Origin: Rhynchobatus australiae
Taxonomy: Eukaryota
DNA length: 64,000 nt
Direction of reading: 5' to 3'
Assembly (NCBI GenBank): GCA_034780895.1
Contig: JAUZTB010000062.1
Span: 19,147,607-19,211,606, forward strand
Both the position numbers and the translations under genes were made by a program. The notes beneath the pieces are model-generated. The model worked only from the letters and a program-made list of their open reading frames with translations. It ran no database searches and had not been told where the DNA came from. Numbering within the stretch: the stretch's first letter is position 1; every line of letters begins with the position of its first letter. Shown here one piece after another: positions 12,607-25,309 of the stretch.

Positions 12607-12858
12607 TCTGAAATAAAACTGAAAATGCTGGAAATAGTCAGGCAGCATCTGTGGGGAGAATCATTAAGCAGTGAATACAGATTAATTAGCAATCTGTTAC
12701 CTAAAGCATAGTTATCACATTTTGTTCAATACAAGTAATTCAATCAGTATTCAAAAGAACATTCAACAATTCTGATGAAGGGTTATTGATCTGAAACATT
12801 TTTCTTCACAGGTGCTGCCTGATTTGCTGAGTATTTTCTGCATGTTGTTTAATTTATA
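12607..12858. mobile_element. Penelope-like element remnant: inverted arms enclosing duplicated local DNA
   Basis: Left arm AAAATGCTGGAAATA..TCAGGCAGCATCTGTGG is the reverse complement of right arm CACAGGTGCTGCCTGA..TATTTTCTGCATGTT. The same tail follows the GIY-YIG remnant at 39040. Confidence 0.75.
12767..12800 (+). ncRNA. Degenerate minimal type I hammerhead ribozyme core (Penelope-associated)
   Basis: CTGATGA (12772-12778), imperfect stem II, GAAAC (12793-12797); stems I/III eroded. Confidence 0.55.
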
Positions 12859-13544
12859 ATAGATTATAACTTTGGTCACCCAGTGTAAACAAGGCAAATT
12901 CAGAAATGACTCACATGCCTGGTAATACTGATTTCATGATTGCTGCTGCCTTCTTCAGAGAGCTCATTAACTGGTTAATAGAGGGTTTCCCATTTCAAGC
13001 CAGATATTCCATGCAAATTGAGGCTGGCAGGGTCTTATGACTTGTATGATACTCAATTTGCAGTTTAAGAGCAAAAGATAGCAGAAGATCGAAATTTGAA
13101 ATTTTGCAATGTCGAAGGTTCGACAAGGTATTAAAATAATTATCCTTAAAAATAGTTATGAATGGCCATGAGATGGAATGTGGAAGCTGCTCCTCTGGGT
13201 TGCACAGTGTGGAGTTGCTGCTGTCTTGAGCGTCTTCCCATCGGTGTTCACTGTTCCTTACTTTCCCCCGTCATCTAGCTCTGCCACCTGGGTCAACCAA
13301 TATTGGACCTGCCTGGAATTTGTGAAAGGGATTGGGAAATGTGGTCGGCATAAGGGGATCTTTCAGAATGCACAGAATAGTCACATGCCAACTAGAAAGA
13401 AAAATACCAGGGGGAGGACCCAGCATTTGCTACAGAAAAAGAGATAGGTGGCAGGTGAGAAGATTGGACAGAATATATAAAGAAAGGAGAGTGACTAAAA
13501 AGATGAGGGAAAAAAGTGATGTACAGAATAAAAGGTAACCATAA

Positions 13545-14035
13545 GTAAATAGAGTCATAAAATAATACAGCACGGAAACAGGCCCTTTGGCCCAACTGGT
13601 CCATGCCGACCAAGATTCCCATCTAAGCTAGTCCCAATTGCCTGTGCTTGGCCCATATCCCTCCAAACCTTTCTTATCCATGTACTTGTCCAAGTACCTT
13701 TTAAATATTATTAATGTACCTGCCTTAACCACTTTCTCTGGCAGCTCATTCCATATACTGACCACTCTCTGGGTGAAAAAGTTACCCCTCATATTCCTAT
13801 TAGATCTTTCCCCTCTCATCTTAAACCTATGCCCCATAGTTCTTCATTCCCCAACCCTGGAGAAAAAGACTGTGCGCTTTCATCCTATCTATGCCCCTCA
13901 TAATTTTATACACCTCAAAAATTCATCCCTCATTCTCCTTTACTCTAGTGATAAAAGTCCCAACCTGCTCAATCTTGCTCCGTAACTCAGTCTCTCAAGT
14001 CCCAGCAACATCCTTATAAATATCCCCTGCACTTG
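13545..14035 (-). mobile_element. CR1/HER1 LINE 3' end, relatively young
   Basis: ORF 13628-13837 GHRFKMRGERSNRNMRGNFFTQRVVSIWNELPEKVVKAGTLIIFKRYLDKYMDKKGLEGYG, plus tail ACAGCACGGAAACAGGCCCTTTGGCCCAAC. Confidence 0.95.
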
Positions 14036-14044
14036 GTGCTATAG

Positions 14045-14680
14045 GAAGTGAGTCTAGGAAATTAATAATGAAAAACGGGGAGATGGTAGATGAATTATAC
14101 AGGTATTTTGCTTTAGTCTTCAGTGTAGAAGACACAAGAAACAGCCCATAAGTATCTGTAAATCAAGAATTGGATGGGAGGGAGGGAGGAACTCAAATTG
14201 CAATCATCAGGGAAGTGGAACTGACCAAATTGTTGGAGTTACAGCTAATAAATCTCCAGGTCCCAATGGACTTCATCCCAGGGTTTTAAAGTGAATTAGC
14301 TATTGAGATAGTCGATGCATAATTTTTAATTTTCCAAAGATTCCCTATATTTGAGAATGGTTCCATAGATTGGAAAGTAGCAAATGCATCTCTCCCATTC
14401 AAGAAGAGAAGAGGAAATTACAGGCCAGTCAGCTTAACATATTATCACACGGGGTGTTCAAAGCTATTATTAAAGACATTCTGGAATGGTATGTTACGAA
14501 AATTTCAAGGCAATCAGACAAAGTCAACATGGTCTTGTGAAAGGAAAATCATGTTTGACCAATTTATGGGAGTTTATTAAAGATGTACATGTGCTGTGGA
14601 TAAAGAAAAACTGGTGGATATTGTATACTTAGTTTTTCAGGTGTCTGATAAGTTGCTGCATCAAAAGGTTCAGGGTGTAG
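14045..14680 (+). mobile_element. CR1 ORF2 fragment (RT N-terminal region)
   Basis: Decayed motifs KSPGPNGLHPRVL, NYRPVSLT, SQHGLVKGKSCLTNL and VDIVYL read from the DNA. Confidence 0.9.
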
Positions 14681-14689
14681 GAGATGTGT

Positions 14690-16072
14690 CCGGGAAAGTG
14701 TTTTGATGTAATATGTAGATAGACCAAGAGGGGAGCATCACTGGACCTAATCCTGGGGAATGTAGCCAGTCAAGTGAAGGGGTGTCAGTAGGGAAGCATT
14801 TTGGAGATAGTTACCATAACTCCTTACACTTTGAAGTGATTATGGAAAAGGATGAGGATGAACCAGTAATTAAGGCCTTAAACTGAAGCCAATTTCATTA
14901 TCATATGGGAGGAACTGACAAAGGTAGATTGGGAACATCTATTTACAGGCAAATCTACATCTGCACGGTGGNNNNNNNNNNNNNNNNNNNNNNNNNNNNN
15001 NNNNNNNNNNNNNNNNNNNNNNNNNNNNNNNNNNNNNNNNNNNNNNNNNNNNNNNNNNNNNNNNNNNNNNNAGAAATAGCAAGAGTTCAAGACTGACATG
15101 TTCCTGAAAGGGTTAAAAAGCAGGGTTAACAATTGTAGGAAAACATGGACGTTGAGGGTATAGGGAACTAATGACAGGGGAGGCCTGTCATGAGTATTAG
15201 TATAGGGAGGCAAGGGAAGATCACAAAAAATCACTGGCACTGGTAAATCTGAAGGATTCTATAATTATCTTAAAGGCAAAACAATAACCAGGGAAAAAGA
15301 AGGGCACAAGAGTAACAACAGAGGTAATCAGTGCATGGAGCCAGAAGATATAGGTGAAGGCCTAAATGAATACTCTTCATGGGTATTCACAGAAGAAACA
15401 GACTTCATAGTTAGAGAATTCAGTGAAGGGGTAAGTGAAAGTCCAATATACGTCCCCATAAATAAAGAGGAGGTACTTGATGCTCTGGCAGGCTTAAAGG
15501 TGGAGAAATTTTCCAGGACCAGATGGGATTTATCCCAGACTGATATAGGAGACGAGATTGCTGATGCTCTGGCCAAGATTTCTAAATCTTTGAGGTGCCA
15601 GATAGGTCAAAAGTAGGCAGCAGGGAAAATCCTGGCAGCTATAGACTTGTGAGCCTATCATCAGTAGTAAAGAAGATTCTAGAAGCAATTCTGAGGGAAA
15701 GATTGTGTGGCTAACAGGAAACAGAGAAAGGCATAAATTGGTTGGCAAGATATATTGTGCCACAGGTATCAGTGCCGGGCCCTCAAGTTTTCATGGTTTA
15801 TTTAAATGACATGGATAAAGGCACCAAAAGGTGTAGTTGCTATATTTGTTGATGGCACAAAGGCAGTTGGGACAATAACTTGTGAAGAGGAAATAAGGTA
15901 AGTTACAAAGGGCAAGATTTGACAAATGGGGTATAATGTGGGAATATGTGAGATTCTGCAGATGTTGGAATTTGGAGCAATACACAAAATGCTGGAGGAA
16001 CTCAGGAGGTCAGACAGCATCTATGAAGGGAGATAAATTGTCCACTTTAGCATGAAAATAATGAAGCAAAAG
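14690..16072 (+). mobile_element. Second CR1 ORF2 fragment (endonuclease end through RT), internally deleted
   Basis: HFGDSYHNSL (GxSDHN-like); ORF 15335 EDIGEGLNEYSSWVFTEE...EEVLDALAGLKVEK; IFVDGTK (FADDTK-like) near 15845. Confidence 0.85.
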
Positions 16073-16224
16073 CACCTCAGCCTCACCCGATAAGATATTC
16101 CTTTTATCTAGTGTACTCCTCCCAAACCTTCTCTGAAAGTTAATTACTCCCTCCCACCTCCCTCCCCCCCCCGCCCACCACCCAATTTCTCAATTCTGAC
16201 AAGAGGGTCTTTGACCTGAAGTGT
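15956..16224. mobile_element. Penelope-like remnant inserted in CR1: inverted arm, ~36 bp CR1, forward arm with decayed hammerhead
   Basis: 15956-16036 is the reverse complement of the tail at 29845-29902; CTGACAA-GAGGGTCTTTGACCT-GAAG at 16196-16221. Confidence 0.7.
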
Positions 16225-16711
16225 NNNNNNNNNNNNNNNNNNNNNNNNNNNNNNNNNNNNNNNNNNNNNNNNNNNNNNNNNNNNNNNNNNNNNNNNNNNN
16301 NNNNNNNNNNNNNNNNNNNNNNNNNNNNNNNNNNNNNNNNNNNNNNNNNNNNNNNNNNNNNNNNNNNNNNNNNNNNNNNNNNNNNNNNNNNNNNNNNNNN
16401 NNNNNNNNNNNNNNNNNNNNNNNNNNNNNNNNNNNNNNNNNNNNNNNNNNNNNNNNNNNNNNNNNNNNNNNNNNNNNNNNNNNNNNNNNNNNNNNNNNNN
16501 NNNNNNNNNNNNNNNNNNNNNNNNNNNNNNNNNNNNNNNNNNNNNNNNNNNNNNNNNNNNNNNNNNNNNNNNNNNNNNNNNNNNNNNNNNNNNNNNNNNN
16601 NNNNNNNNNNNNNNNNNNNNNNNNNNNNNNNNNNNNNNNNNNNNNNNNNNNNNNNNNNNNNNNNNNNNNNNNNNNNNNNNNNNNNNNNNNNNNNNNNNNN
16701 NNNNNNNNNNN

Positions 16712-18620
16712 TGCTTGTAGCTGTTGTAATAAAAAAGTTCCCGATATTACTCCATTATGCCTCAGATTCATTCAATCTGGTTTGTTGGTGCAGTATTACC
16801 ACAGCAGTAAAACTGTGCCTGAGCAGGATACTGATTGCTGTCATACTGAAAACAATCTCTGGCTTTAAATGTGTTACAAGTATGGGGCATGGTCTTGCAG
16901 TTTAGATGATGTCATAAATCAAAATAATACAGCACAAGTGGATTATAAAGTCATTTGAACTCAAGGTTGTGTTATACAACCTTGTAACATAGCACAAGCT
17001 AGCTTCAATTTAAATGCTCAAATCAGAAGTAAATTGTACATATTATAAATCTTACTTTGACTCCCTGGGGTTAGTGACAGTTACAGTGACATTGCATGGC
17101 AGAAATGACAATATTGATGTAACTCCTTGTGATGTAAGCACTTATGTGGTAGGACAAGAGCATTTTATAGCAATTATGATGCTTGACCTGCCTTGTTTAA
17201 ACAGTGTGTTACCCCAGGACATGGCCCGACTGAAAAATAATAATTTATATTGTGTCATAACCACCAAAACATTACTGTTATATCGTTGGCTCTGTGATGC
17301 GTGTACCCTAGCAACTGAGGAGGATCATAAGGAAGAAAAGTATTTTGTCTTTTTTTGAAATATAGTGCTTGTAAAGTATGCATGCTAAAACTTTGCTGGT
17401 AATGCAGGTGAAGTATCACTGAAGAAAAGGTAAAATTACATTACATTAAATTTTTTTTAAAAGTGATCCAGCAGTGCATTCAAGCCTGGATGTCTGTTGC
17501 TGCTCAGTATTACAGGAGTTGAAATCTTTTTACAGTATTATGCTGCATCATAGGCGGCCCCGTTAATGAGATGGGATTCTGTCATTGGAGAGATCATTTG
17601 GGGAAGGAAGGCACTTTCACCACAGATATAAATTTGGGTACAACCTCATAATGAGTCCTGGAATGGGAGGCTGTTTTGTAGCTATGTTGCATAATAATGA
17701 GAAAATGTCACCTGTTCTGAAAAAAAGTGCTGCATTTGTGTCTCTTTCCAAATATTGATTCATTTTTGGTATTTGCAAACTATTTTTGTGGGTTGTACAA
17801 TGCAAGCGTCTCAGTTGTTTGTGTTGTAAGCTCACTGGTGAATATTAATTAGTTTATCTGTAATTATTATGCGTATTCATACAAATTACTGCTGAACTGT
17901 ATCCCTACTACTGCAGGTTTTGTCACATGATACTAGTTAACTCTTGGGGATGACTGACTATTATCAATAGTGCCCTGTACGTCCTTAATAAAATGGCATT
18001 ACTCTTTCCGACTCCTAAAATGGGAAAATTTCTGCATCAAGGAGCAATGTGTTGCTGCTATACTTCAAAAAAGGCATCAGAGAAGCTCTAATTTACTGCA
18101 AACAGACAACGCAGGCAAAAAAAAACAATAAGCAGAGACAGCCTGAAGTCAGTTAGCCATTCATTTTCATCTATGCATTGTAAAACTCCAAAAGCCCACA
18201 TAGTAAATCATAATACACAAGTAAAAAGATTTGAAAGCCATAATCTAATCTTGGGAGGCATATGAAGTGCTTGAACCGATTGAGCCAGATGGCTTATGTT
18301 GTGATCAGAGGCTCTTTGATTGGATTATTACCTCTTCATTACTTTCCATGCATCGATTTATCCTTGTGCATTGCAGATTATGGTGCACCTTCATTTGGAA
18401 TTGTATAGTACAATTCTTGGGCTCTCAGAATTTTACTTTGAACGTGCATCACAAATTAGCAAACACGATCAACTTGCAGCTATCCTGCAGAGATTAAAAC
18501 TGTAAAACTTCATAGCTCCCTGCTGTGGCATGGAATGTTACTTGTTATTTTGTAGATCCTCAATTAATCTCTGGAGCAATGGCCTGTTGTGCCTTTTATT
18601 TGGAAGCATGGAATTGGTAA
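16712..18620. promoter_or_regulatory. Repeat-free block with putative conserved enhancer elements
   Basis: No recognisable repeat over ~1.9 kb; CATAAATCA (~16914), GTAAATCA (~18203), several TGACAG/CTGTCA and TAATTA motifs. Confidence 0.35.
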
Positions 18621-20462
18621 TGTTTCAAATCCCTCCTCCTGATTTTGGATTGAGTGTAGTTAGGAAGAAAAAGAGAAATACATTTTAATTATCACTCATT
18701 CACCTTTGCCCTGCAATATCGGAGGCTGAAGTTCAACTCTTTAACCCACCATTACTGTATTCGATATTTAGCATCCAGGACGAGCATCTCTGAACTAGAA
18801 TCTGATGAAACAAACTTAGATACAATCACATGTACTGTGGAATCCAATCCTGACAAGGCAGCTGGAAAGCTGCACTGATTGTTGCATCTCTTAAATAGGT
18901 TTTAAGGTATTGATTGCTCTCATTTTTAAGGTATTTATTTATATAAGTGAATGCATCTATCCAAAAGTCTCTTGTGAACTTGTTCATACTCGCCCTTACT
19001 GACCTAACCTGAACTCCATACTGCTGCAGTAGCACAAGTGTCATGGACTCAGAAGGTTATGGGGTCAAGAAATAATGAAAATAAAAAGGAATTAAAATAT
19101 TTTAAAGGAAAACTGATATTTGCACAATGTATCTGATCTGAGTATCTGAATTTTCCCTTTGGTTTGAAAAACAGATGACAGACTGGCAGTCAAGAGCACA
19201 TCCTGAATGGTCTGTGCACATTGGATTCCAAGGAATTTGTTACTGTATTGCTAGTGCACAGCTCACAAATATATGCATTTCTACAGCCAATTTTTTTAAT
19301 GCAGATCACTTTCATCTCAAAGGCAACTCTATATGGAGTGACTAACACAGGCAATATTGTCCTAATAACTCAAGACCATTTGGAAAGGGATGAGAGGACA
19401 ACAGTCATCTAATCCAGGGTTACTGCTCTAACATTTTAACCAGATATAGACACATGTTTGGCAGATTCCCCTAGATAATTTAGTTCTGGTGAGCTGGTTA
19501 TTTTGTTGGAGTATGGTTATTTTATTAGATGATTAATAAATATGTGTACTTTCATCAGTCAATAATTTACAATAAACCCAATTCTTTTGGAAAGAATTGT
19601 GAATACCTAATCCAGGCTAATGCCTCTGTGGTGAGCTGAGAGTCTGCTTGTGTTCTCTCAAGTCCTATTGTCAAAAAATAGTTGAGAGTAATAGTTCCTT
19701 TCATTTTCCAAAGTGTTGCAGTTTTCCAAATTTTGATAAGTTGTTGCTTTGATGAAAAGGACTGGACATTATATTCTTAGTTATTTTTTAATACCTCTCC
19801 ATCACTTTGCAAAGGTGAACTGTTCCACTGTGGGATAGTAAATGTACTAAAAAGAGAGAGTGATCAGATGGGAAATATTCTTGAAACATGAATCTAGGCC
19901 TTCATTGAGGGCTTATAGTTTACATTCACTGACAGGAGAGAATTTTGATCAATAAGGAATGGAAAAAAAAGAGGCTTTTTTGTTTTGATTTTCTGGAATT
20001 GAATAGATGCTCTCTAGATGCACCCTCAAAAAGATCTAGAAGGCCTAAGGAAAAGCTAATTTTTAAATATCACAAAAACACACATCTGTAATACCATCAT
20101 TTTTATTATTTGAAGTTCTTTTTTTGGTCTTGTAAGAAGAAGACAAATAATGCTTTCACTTATGGTCAATTTTGGGAGAAATTAAATTTTAAATTTACTA
20201 GAACAAATTGATGATTGAAAAATTGTTCTTCACTTAATTTCAACTTGTGCTCAGAGTCAAAGTATAGTTGTAAAGTTGGAGGACACAAAACATGGGAATC
20301 ATATTGGTTCAGGTAAACTGCACCAGTTGCAGTAGGTGGTGACCATAGACTGTTTGACACTCNNNNNNNNNNNNNNNNNNNNNNNNNNNNNNNNNNNNNN
20401 NNNNNNNNNNNNNNNNNNNNNNNNNNNNNNNNNNNNNNNNNNNNNNNNNNNNNNNNNNNNNN

Positions 20463-20638
20463 ATTTATTATTATTACTGCATTATTATATTTATGTTTTA
20501 GGTAAAATATATACTATATAATAAGACAAACATTTGATGCTAGATGTGATCTGTACATAACTGTTCTGACTTGCATACAATTCCATTTACGAACAGACTC
20601 AAAAACTGAACCTGTTCGTAATCTGGGGACTTCCTGTA
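20463..20638. mobile_element. pogo/Tigger-type DNA transposon right end
   Basis: Ends GTTCGTAATCTGGGGACTTCCTG followed by TA (Tigger-like TIR plus TA target); left part lost in the N gap. Confidence 0.65.
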
Positions 20639-21239
20639 CTTATTGTTTTCCATCACCAAAACTTATTCCTCTCCTGTTCATATCGTTAATTTTCCTTGAA
20701 ATGCCTCCTGCTGTTTACATTGTAGCTGTTCCACGTTGACAAGATTTTGGTGTCAACAAGGAGAATGCCTGTTGTTCATTTTCTTCAAAGTCTGAGCAGC
20801 CTTTGAATGTGTAAAAGGCTTTGACTGTTCCTAGAATTAGTGTTGAAACTCAAGCATCAATTGTGAACGTGCTTTTCAATAGAGTCGTAGAAAGGTACAG
20901 CATGGATGCTGATCAATGACCACCCATTTAATTAATGCTACATTGATCACAATCAGATGGGAGCTTAAATTTTGATCCTATCAAATGATCAAATAGTGCA
21001 CCTATTAATACTTCACTCTAAGCCTAGGTTTTTGGCTTGGGTGAAAATTGAATCCACAGCTCTCTAATTCAGCTACCAAAGGCTAAAACCCAACACTATG
21101 TATTAAATTTAACGGAATGTAGCAGTGCGAGGTCATATCCACCAAGAAGGGTTGAACTGTCCATGGTCTATTCTGTTGAAATGAGAAGGCTGAAGTCTTA
21201 GATTTAAGAAAATGTTGCATTCGTGTAGGCGAACATGAA

Positions 21240-21405
21240 GTTGGTTGGTTAATTGGCCACTGGAAATTATTCCTTGTGTGTAGGTGATTGGTAAAATCTA
21301 GGCTATTAATGAGGATGTGGGGAAAATAAAATGGGAGTAGTGTTATTGGGTGCAGGCTTGATGTGCCGATGGGTCTGTTTCCAACCTTACTGTTTCTGTG
21401 CTATT
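21240..21405 (+). mobile_element. HE1-like SINE 3' half
   Basis: GTTGGTTGGTTAATTGGCCACTG..GTGTGTAGGTGATTGGTAAAATCT aligns with 37350-37520. Confidence 0.7.
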
Positions 21406-22469
21406 TACTGACATTTACTCCAAGTGGTCTGTCAAAGGTGAGATTCTGCAACAGAGTTGAGGCAGTTCTTCAGGTTGTCTTTGAAGCAATTTTCCCATAC
21501 CTCAGCTCTCCATAAAAGATCTGAATTAGGAAATGGTGCTCCTCCATTCTATATCTCCAGCCTATTTCTTTCAGTAGCATTTCCTCTTTGTTGGTTGAGT
21601 TTTTACTCTCAAGCACCTAACTGCTGATCATTCCGTCCTGTCTACAAATGTTCATTATTGAGCAGATGAACCCTAACCCTAATCAAGTGATGCAAAGAAC
21701 AAAGGCATTGCCCTGCCACCTGCAAAATGATATGCTAAACTACTTAAGCTGTTTAATATATTATGCATAGAGAGTTTAAGTATCAGAAATATTAAGGGGA
21801 GATGTTGGATCTCCACATCGTTGATTACATTGTGGAGAGGTGGCAGTTGTTTTGGTTGACAAACTTTGATCTGAGTCAGTCGGGATTGGCTGACTTTTCA
21901 TCCTGATATAGGAGATGTTGCTGAGTGAGGAATGGAGGTGGTTGGTGCAGGAGTGGAACAAGACCTCTTCTCATTGAACCTTATGATCAGGCTACTAAGA
22001 TGAAATGCTTTAGAATATCCATTAAGAATGACATGAAAATCATTGTGCCTGTGCAGTCATCTAGAAAGAATGATTTATCAAGAAATCTTTGTGTTATCTT
22101 TAATTCTTTGAAGATCTAAAAGGGAATCATGCATCTAAAAGGTGTATTCACTGGATCCAAGTCCTTTCTAGCATGACTAAGGACAGGCAGAATATATTGA
22201 ACAACATTAGGACAAGTATGCAAACTGTTTACTGTTCTTTCAAAATTCTGGATGCATCAGAGGAGTCACCACTGTAGATTAATTACCTAATCATTGTCAT
22301 AGAACCGATGGGAGACTTGTATGGATTTAGATGGGGAATAACCCCAAACTTCCTCTGGCCACGTGGAAGATTTGGTCAAGTTAATTAAGTTAGTATATGG
22401 GGCCATGTTTTGCTCTTAGCATTTTTCTAGAAACTTCTGAACATTGAACTAGTTCCATTTTATCTGTTG

Positions 22470-22545
22470 GCTTGCCACAGATCTGCTCAGTTTTACCAGC
22501 GTTGTTTTTATTTCAGCTTTCCAGTATTTGTAGTTTTTGATTCTA
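22470..22545 (+). mobile_element. Penelope-like tail fragment
   Basis: CCACAGATCTGCTCAG..CCAGCGTTGTTTTTATTTCAG..TTCCAGTATTTGTAGTT resembles the other PLE tails in this window. Confidence 0.55.
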
Positions 22546-23269
22546 ATTTCCATATTAGTTCAAAACCACACTGCTCTTCTGGCAGATCCTCATTTGTTTG
22601 CAATTAGTCTCATTGGAAAAATGTAAAAATAATATGTTCAACACTATATGGTGCAGAAAATGCTTCTGTATTTTTGAAAGTGGTACAATTGTGGAATTCT
22701 TGGAAGTCTTGAGCATTTCTTCTTTCATCCAAACACAACTCGAGCTTCAGTGAAGCACTTTGACAGACTTTGAATCTGCTGATTTGTACACTTCCCCAGG
22801 GATCCCACTATTGTTGGATGCCTTCTCAAGATCACAGATACTCCATGGCTCTTTAGACCTCCGGTAAGAAGTTGAGATTCTCTTTAGATTTCTTTGGTAG
22901 TTGATCAAGGGCACATTGGTGACAATGGATTGTCTGTTAAGTAGATTGTTGAATGTTCATCCCATCTATGTATAATTTGTTATTTCTTCTTGAGGGCTGG
23001 TCTAAACTCCTTGAAATTCCTAATTAGCAGTTTTGGACTTTTAGAATACTCGCTGCAGTGGTTAACAAAGGATGCTTGCCATTATCTTCTGAACTGTAGT
23101 TAGAGCTGGGCGGTAAATGCCCTGCCAGTAAAGCATCGCATATTCAGCTAATGGACAGAAGCATGTAAATCCTCTGAGTAAACATAATCACTTTTTCCTT
23201 CATTTGTGGTTTGTTACTTAAGTACATATTCCAATAATGCCAACTATGTAGAACCATTGGAGTGCTGCT

Positions 23270-24160
23270 TATTTACAAATACAATTCTTTGGATGAGATA
23301 AACTCTACTCATTGAAATTCGTATCCCAGGAGGAAATAATTTCCACAATTATGTCTACACTGTCCAAAAAATCTTCAACCCATTTCCGATTGTCCTGGAG
23401 CTTTATAGTGCATCAACACTCATCCAGGTCCCTCAGATTTATACACCCAAATTAAATCTCCTCTTACCCTCATTTGTAAACAATTTCAGCCCAGCCAATC
23501 TCTTTTCATACTTAATATTTTGCATTATCCTCCACAGTCTTGTAAATCTCTTCTGTATATTCCCTATCCTTTCACATTCTTTCTGTTCTGTAGTGAACAG
23601 AACCATACACTTTATTGTAGCTGTGGCCTAACTCGCTTAATAAGCAATGGTAGCAGGTCTTCCCTGCTCTGATGCATTTTGTTTGAACAATAAAGGCAAG
23701 CATCCTTTGTGCCTTTTTAACCACCTTATTTACCTGTGCTATTATCTTCAGGGGTCTGTGGATGCAAACTCCATGATCCATTAGCTTCTCTGCACTTTTT
23801 GGTATCATATCAATTATTGTGTATCCTGTTACCTTGTTTCCCAAATGCATTTATACACTTCTCCAGATCGATTTCTGTTTGCAATTTTTCTACCTACCTA
23901 TCTAGGCAGTTTATTGATATCATCTTGCAGTTCAAAGGTTTGTTTTTCACTATCAACCACTCTGAAGTAAAAGCTACAGTCTTCTTAATCTTAGCTCTCA
24001 CACTCATTCAAGTTAATGATACATGCCACACAAAGCAAGATCTCCAAACTCACAGCATATAACTTCACAATCAGTAAAAATCTTGCTGAGTTTTTGATTT
24101 TCAATAGGCTCCATGGGCTTTTACTTTTCTAATCAGTCTGGAACATGCTAAAGTCTATTT
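23270..24160 (-). mobile_element. CR1 ORF2 RT fragment
   Basis: ORF 23572-23850 MHLG...DHGVCIHRPLKIIAQVNKVVKKAQRMLAFI. Confidence 0.9.
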
Positions 24161-25309
24161 GTTAATGTTCAAAGAATGACAGAGTTGTCTTGTTTCCCGG
24201 CCAACACTCTTTCCATAAAGGCCTTAATCATTGCTTTCTAAAAAAATATGTAGAACCTCGTTGACAGTAAAAAGACAATTGGGTTTGCCTACATATTGAC
24301 ACTTTATTTTGGGACATTTCTGAAAGTTATCATTGTCATGCTTTATGGATGCAAACCCTTTTACTTTTCACTAACCTCTTGGACAATTGAGGTGATAAAG
24401 ATGTTATCATATCTATGGGGTCCTTGGTTAAACTGAACCAATTGTAAAAACATTGGGATTTTAAATGAACGATTTTTTCCACGATGTTCTGTATTAATAA
24501 CTAATTATTGTAGTTTTAGAAAACAATGTAGTTCTTTCTTAAAAAGAATCCCAGGTATCAAAAGGTTAAACAATTCCAGTTTGGTCAATTAGAATACCTT
24601 GAATAGAACTTGTACTTCTATTCCCTCAGACTTTGTGATTGAGTTTAAATTTCCTGAATAATTAATACCATTTGTTCTGTACTTCAAAGTATTAATTAAA
24701 GTTACTTATCTCTTTTTGATAATGTGAGTTTAGAATTGAATAATATTGTTCCGGTACTCTAAAGGCATTAACTTTTGTAATGAACCTTGCCAGTAGAACT
24801 GAAGGCTTATGCCTTAAGTTACCCGTAGCAGTCCATGCGGGGAATTACCAAAGGATTTGAATCACTTCTCTTATGGGCTATAGCCAGCGGTGTTCCTTCA
24901 GAAAGATTGGTGGTATGGGACTGAACTACATTTGGAGTTCAGGCTGAGTATAACAATTTGAAAGTCATTTGAAATAAAAGATTAATGTAGATATAAAAAC
25001 ATTGCATTAAACCATACAATTATGACCTACTTTTGAAACATTTATTTGATGACCATTTGATATATGGTTGGATCTTAATGTCTAAATTTAGGTCACTTCA
25101 GAGAGCAGATGCCACAATTGTCACATAACAAGTGACTGCCAGAGGGCTGTGATCCAAGCATAACTTTGTCAATAATAATAGATTTATGAAGTTAAGATTA
25201 CAAACTTCAATGGAACAGTCCTCTTTGAAAATGATACTATAAAATTCTTCAAAACAATTTTGTGTATTGCATGGGAACACAAGAACAGTTTTCCCTCGAG
25301 ACTGGTGTT

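Noticed and set aside
24836-24949. Short ORF MRGITKGFESLLLWAIASGVPSEKIGGMGLNYIWSSG
   Set aside because: No recognisable homology and no convincing splice sites.
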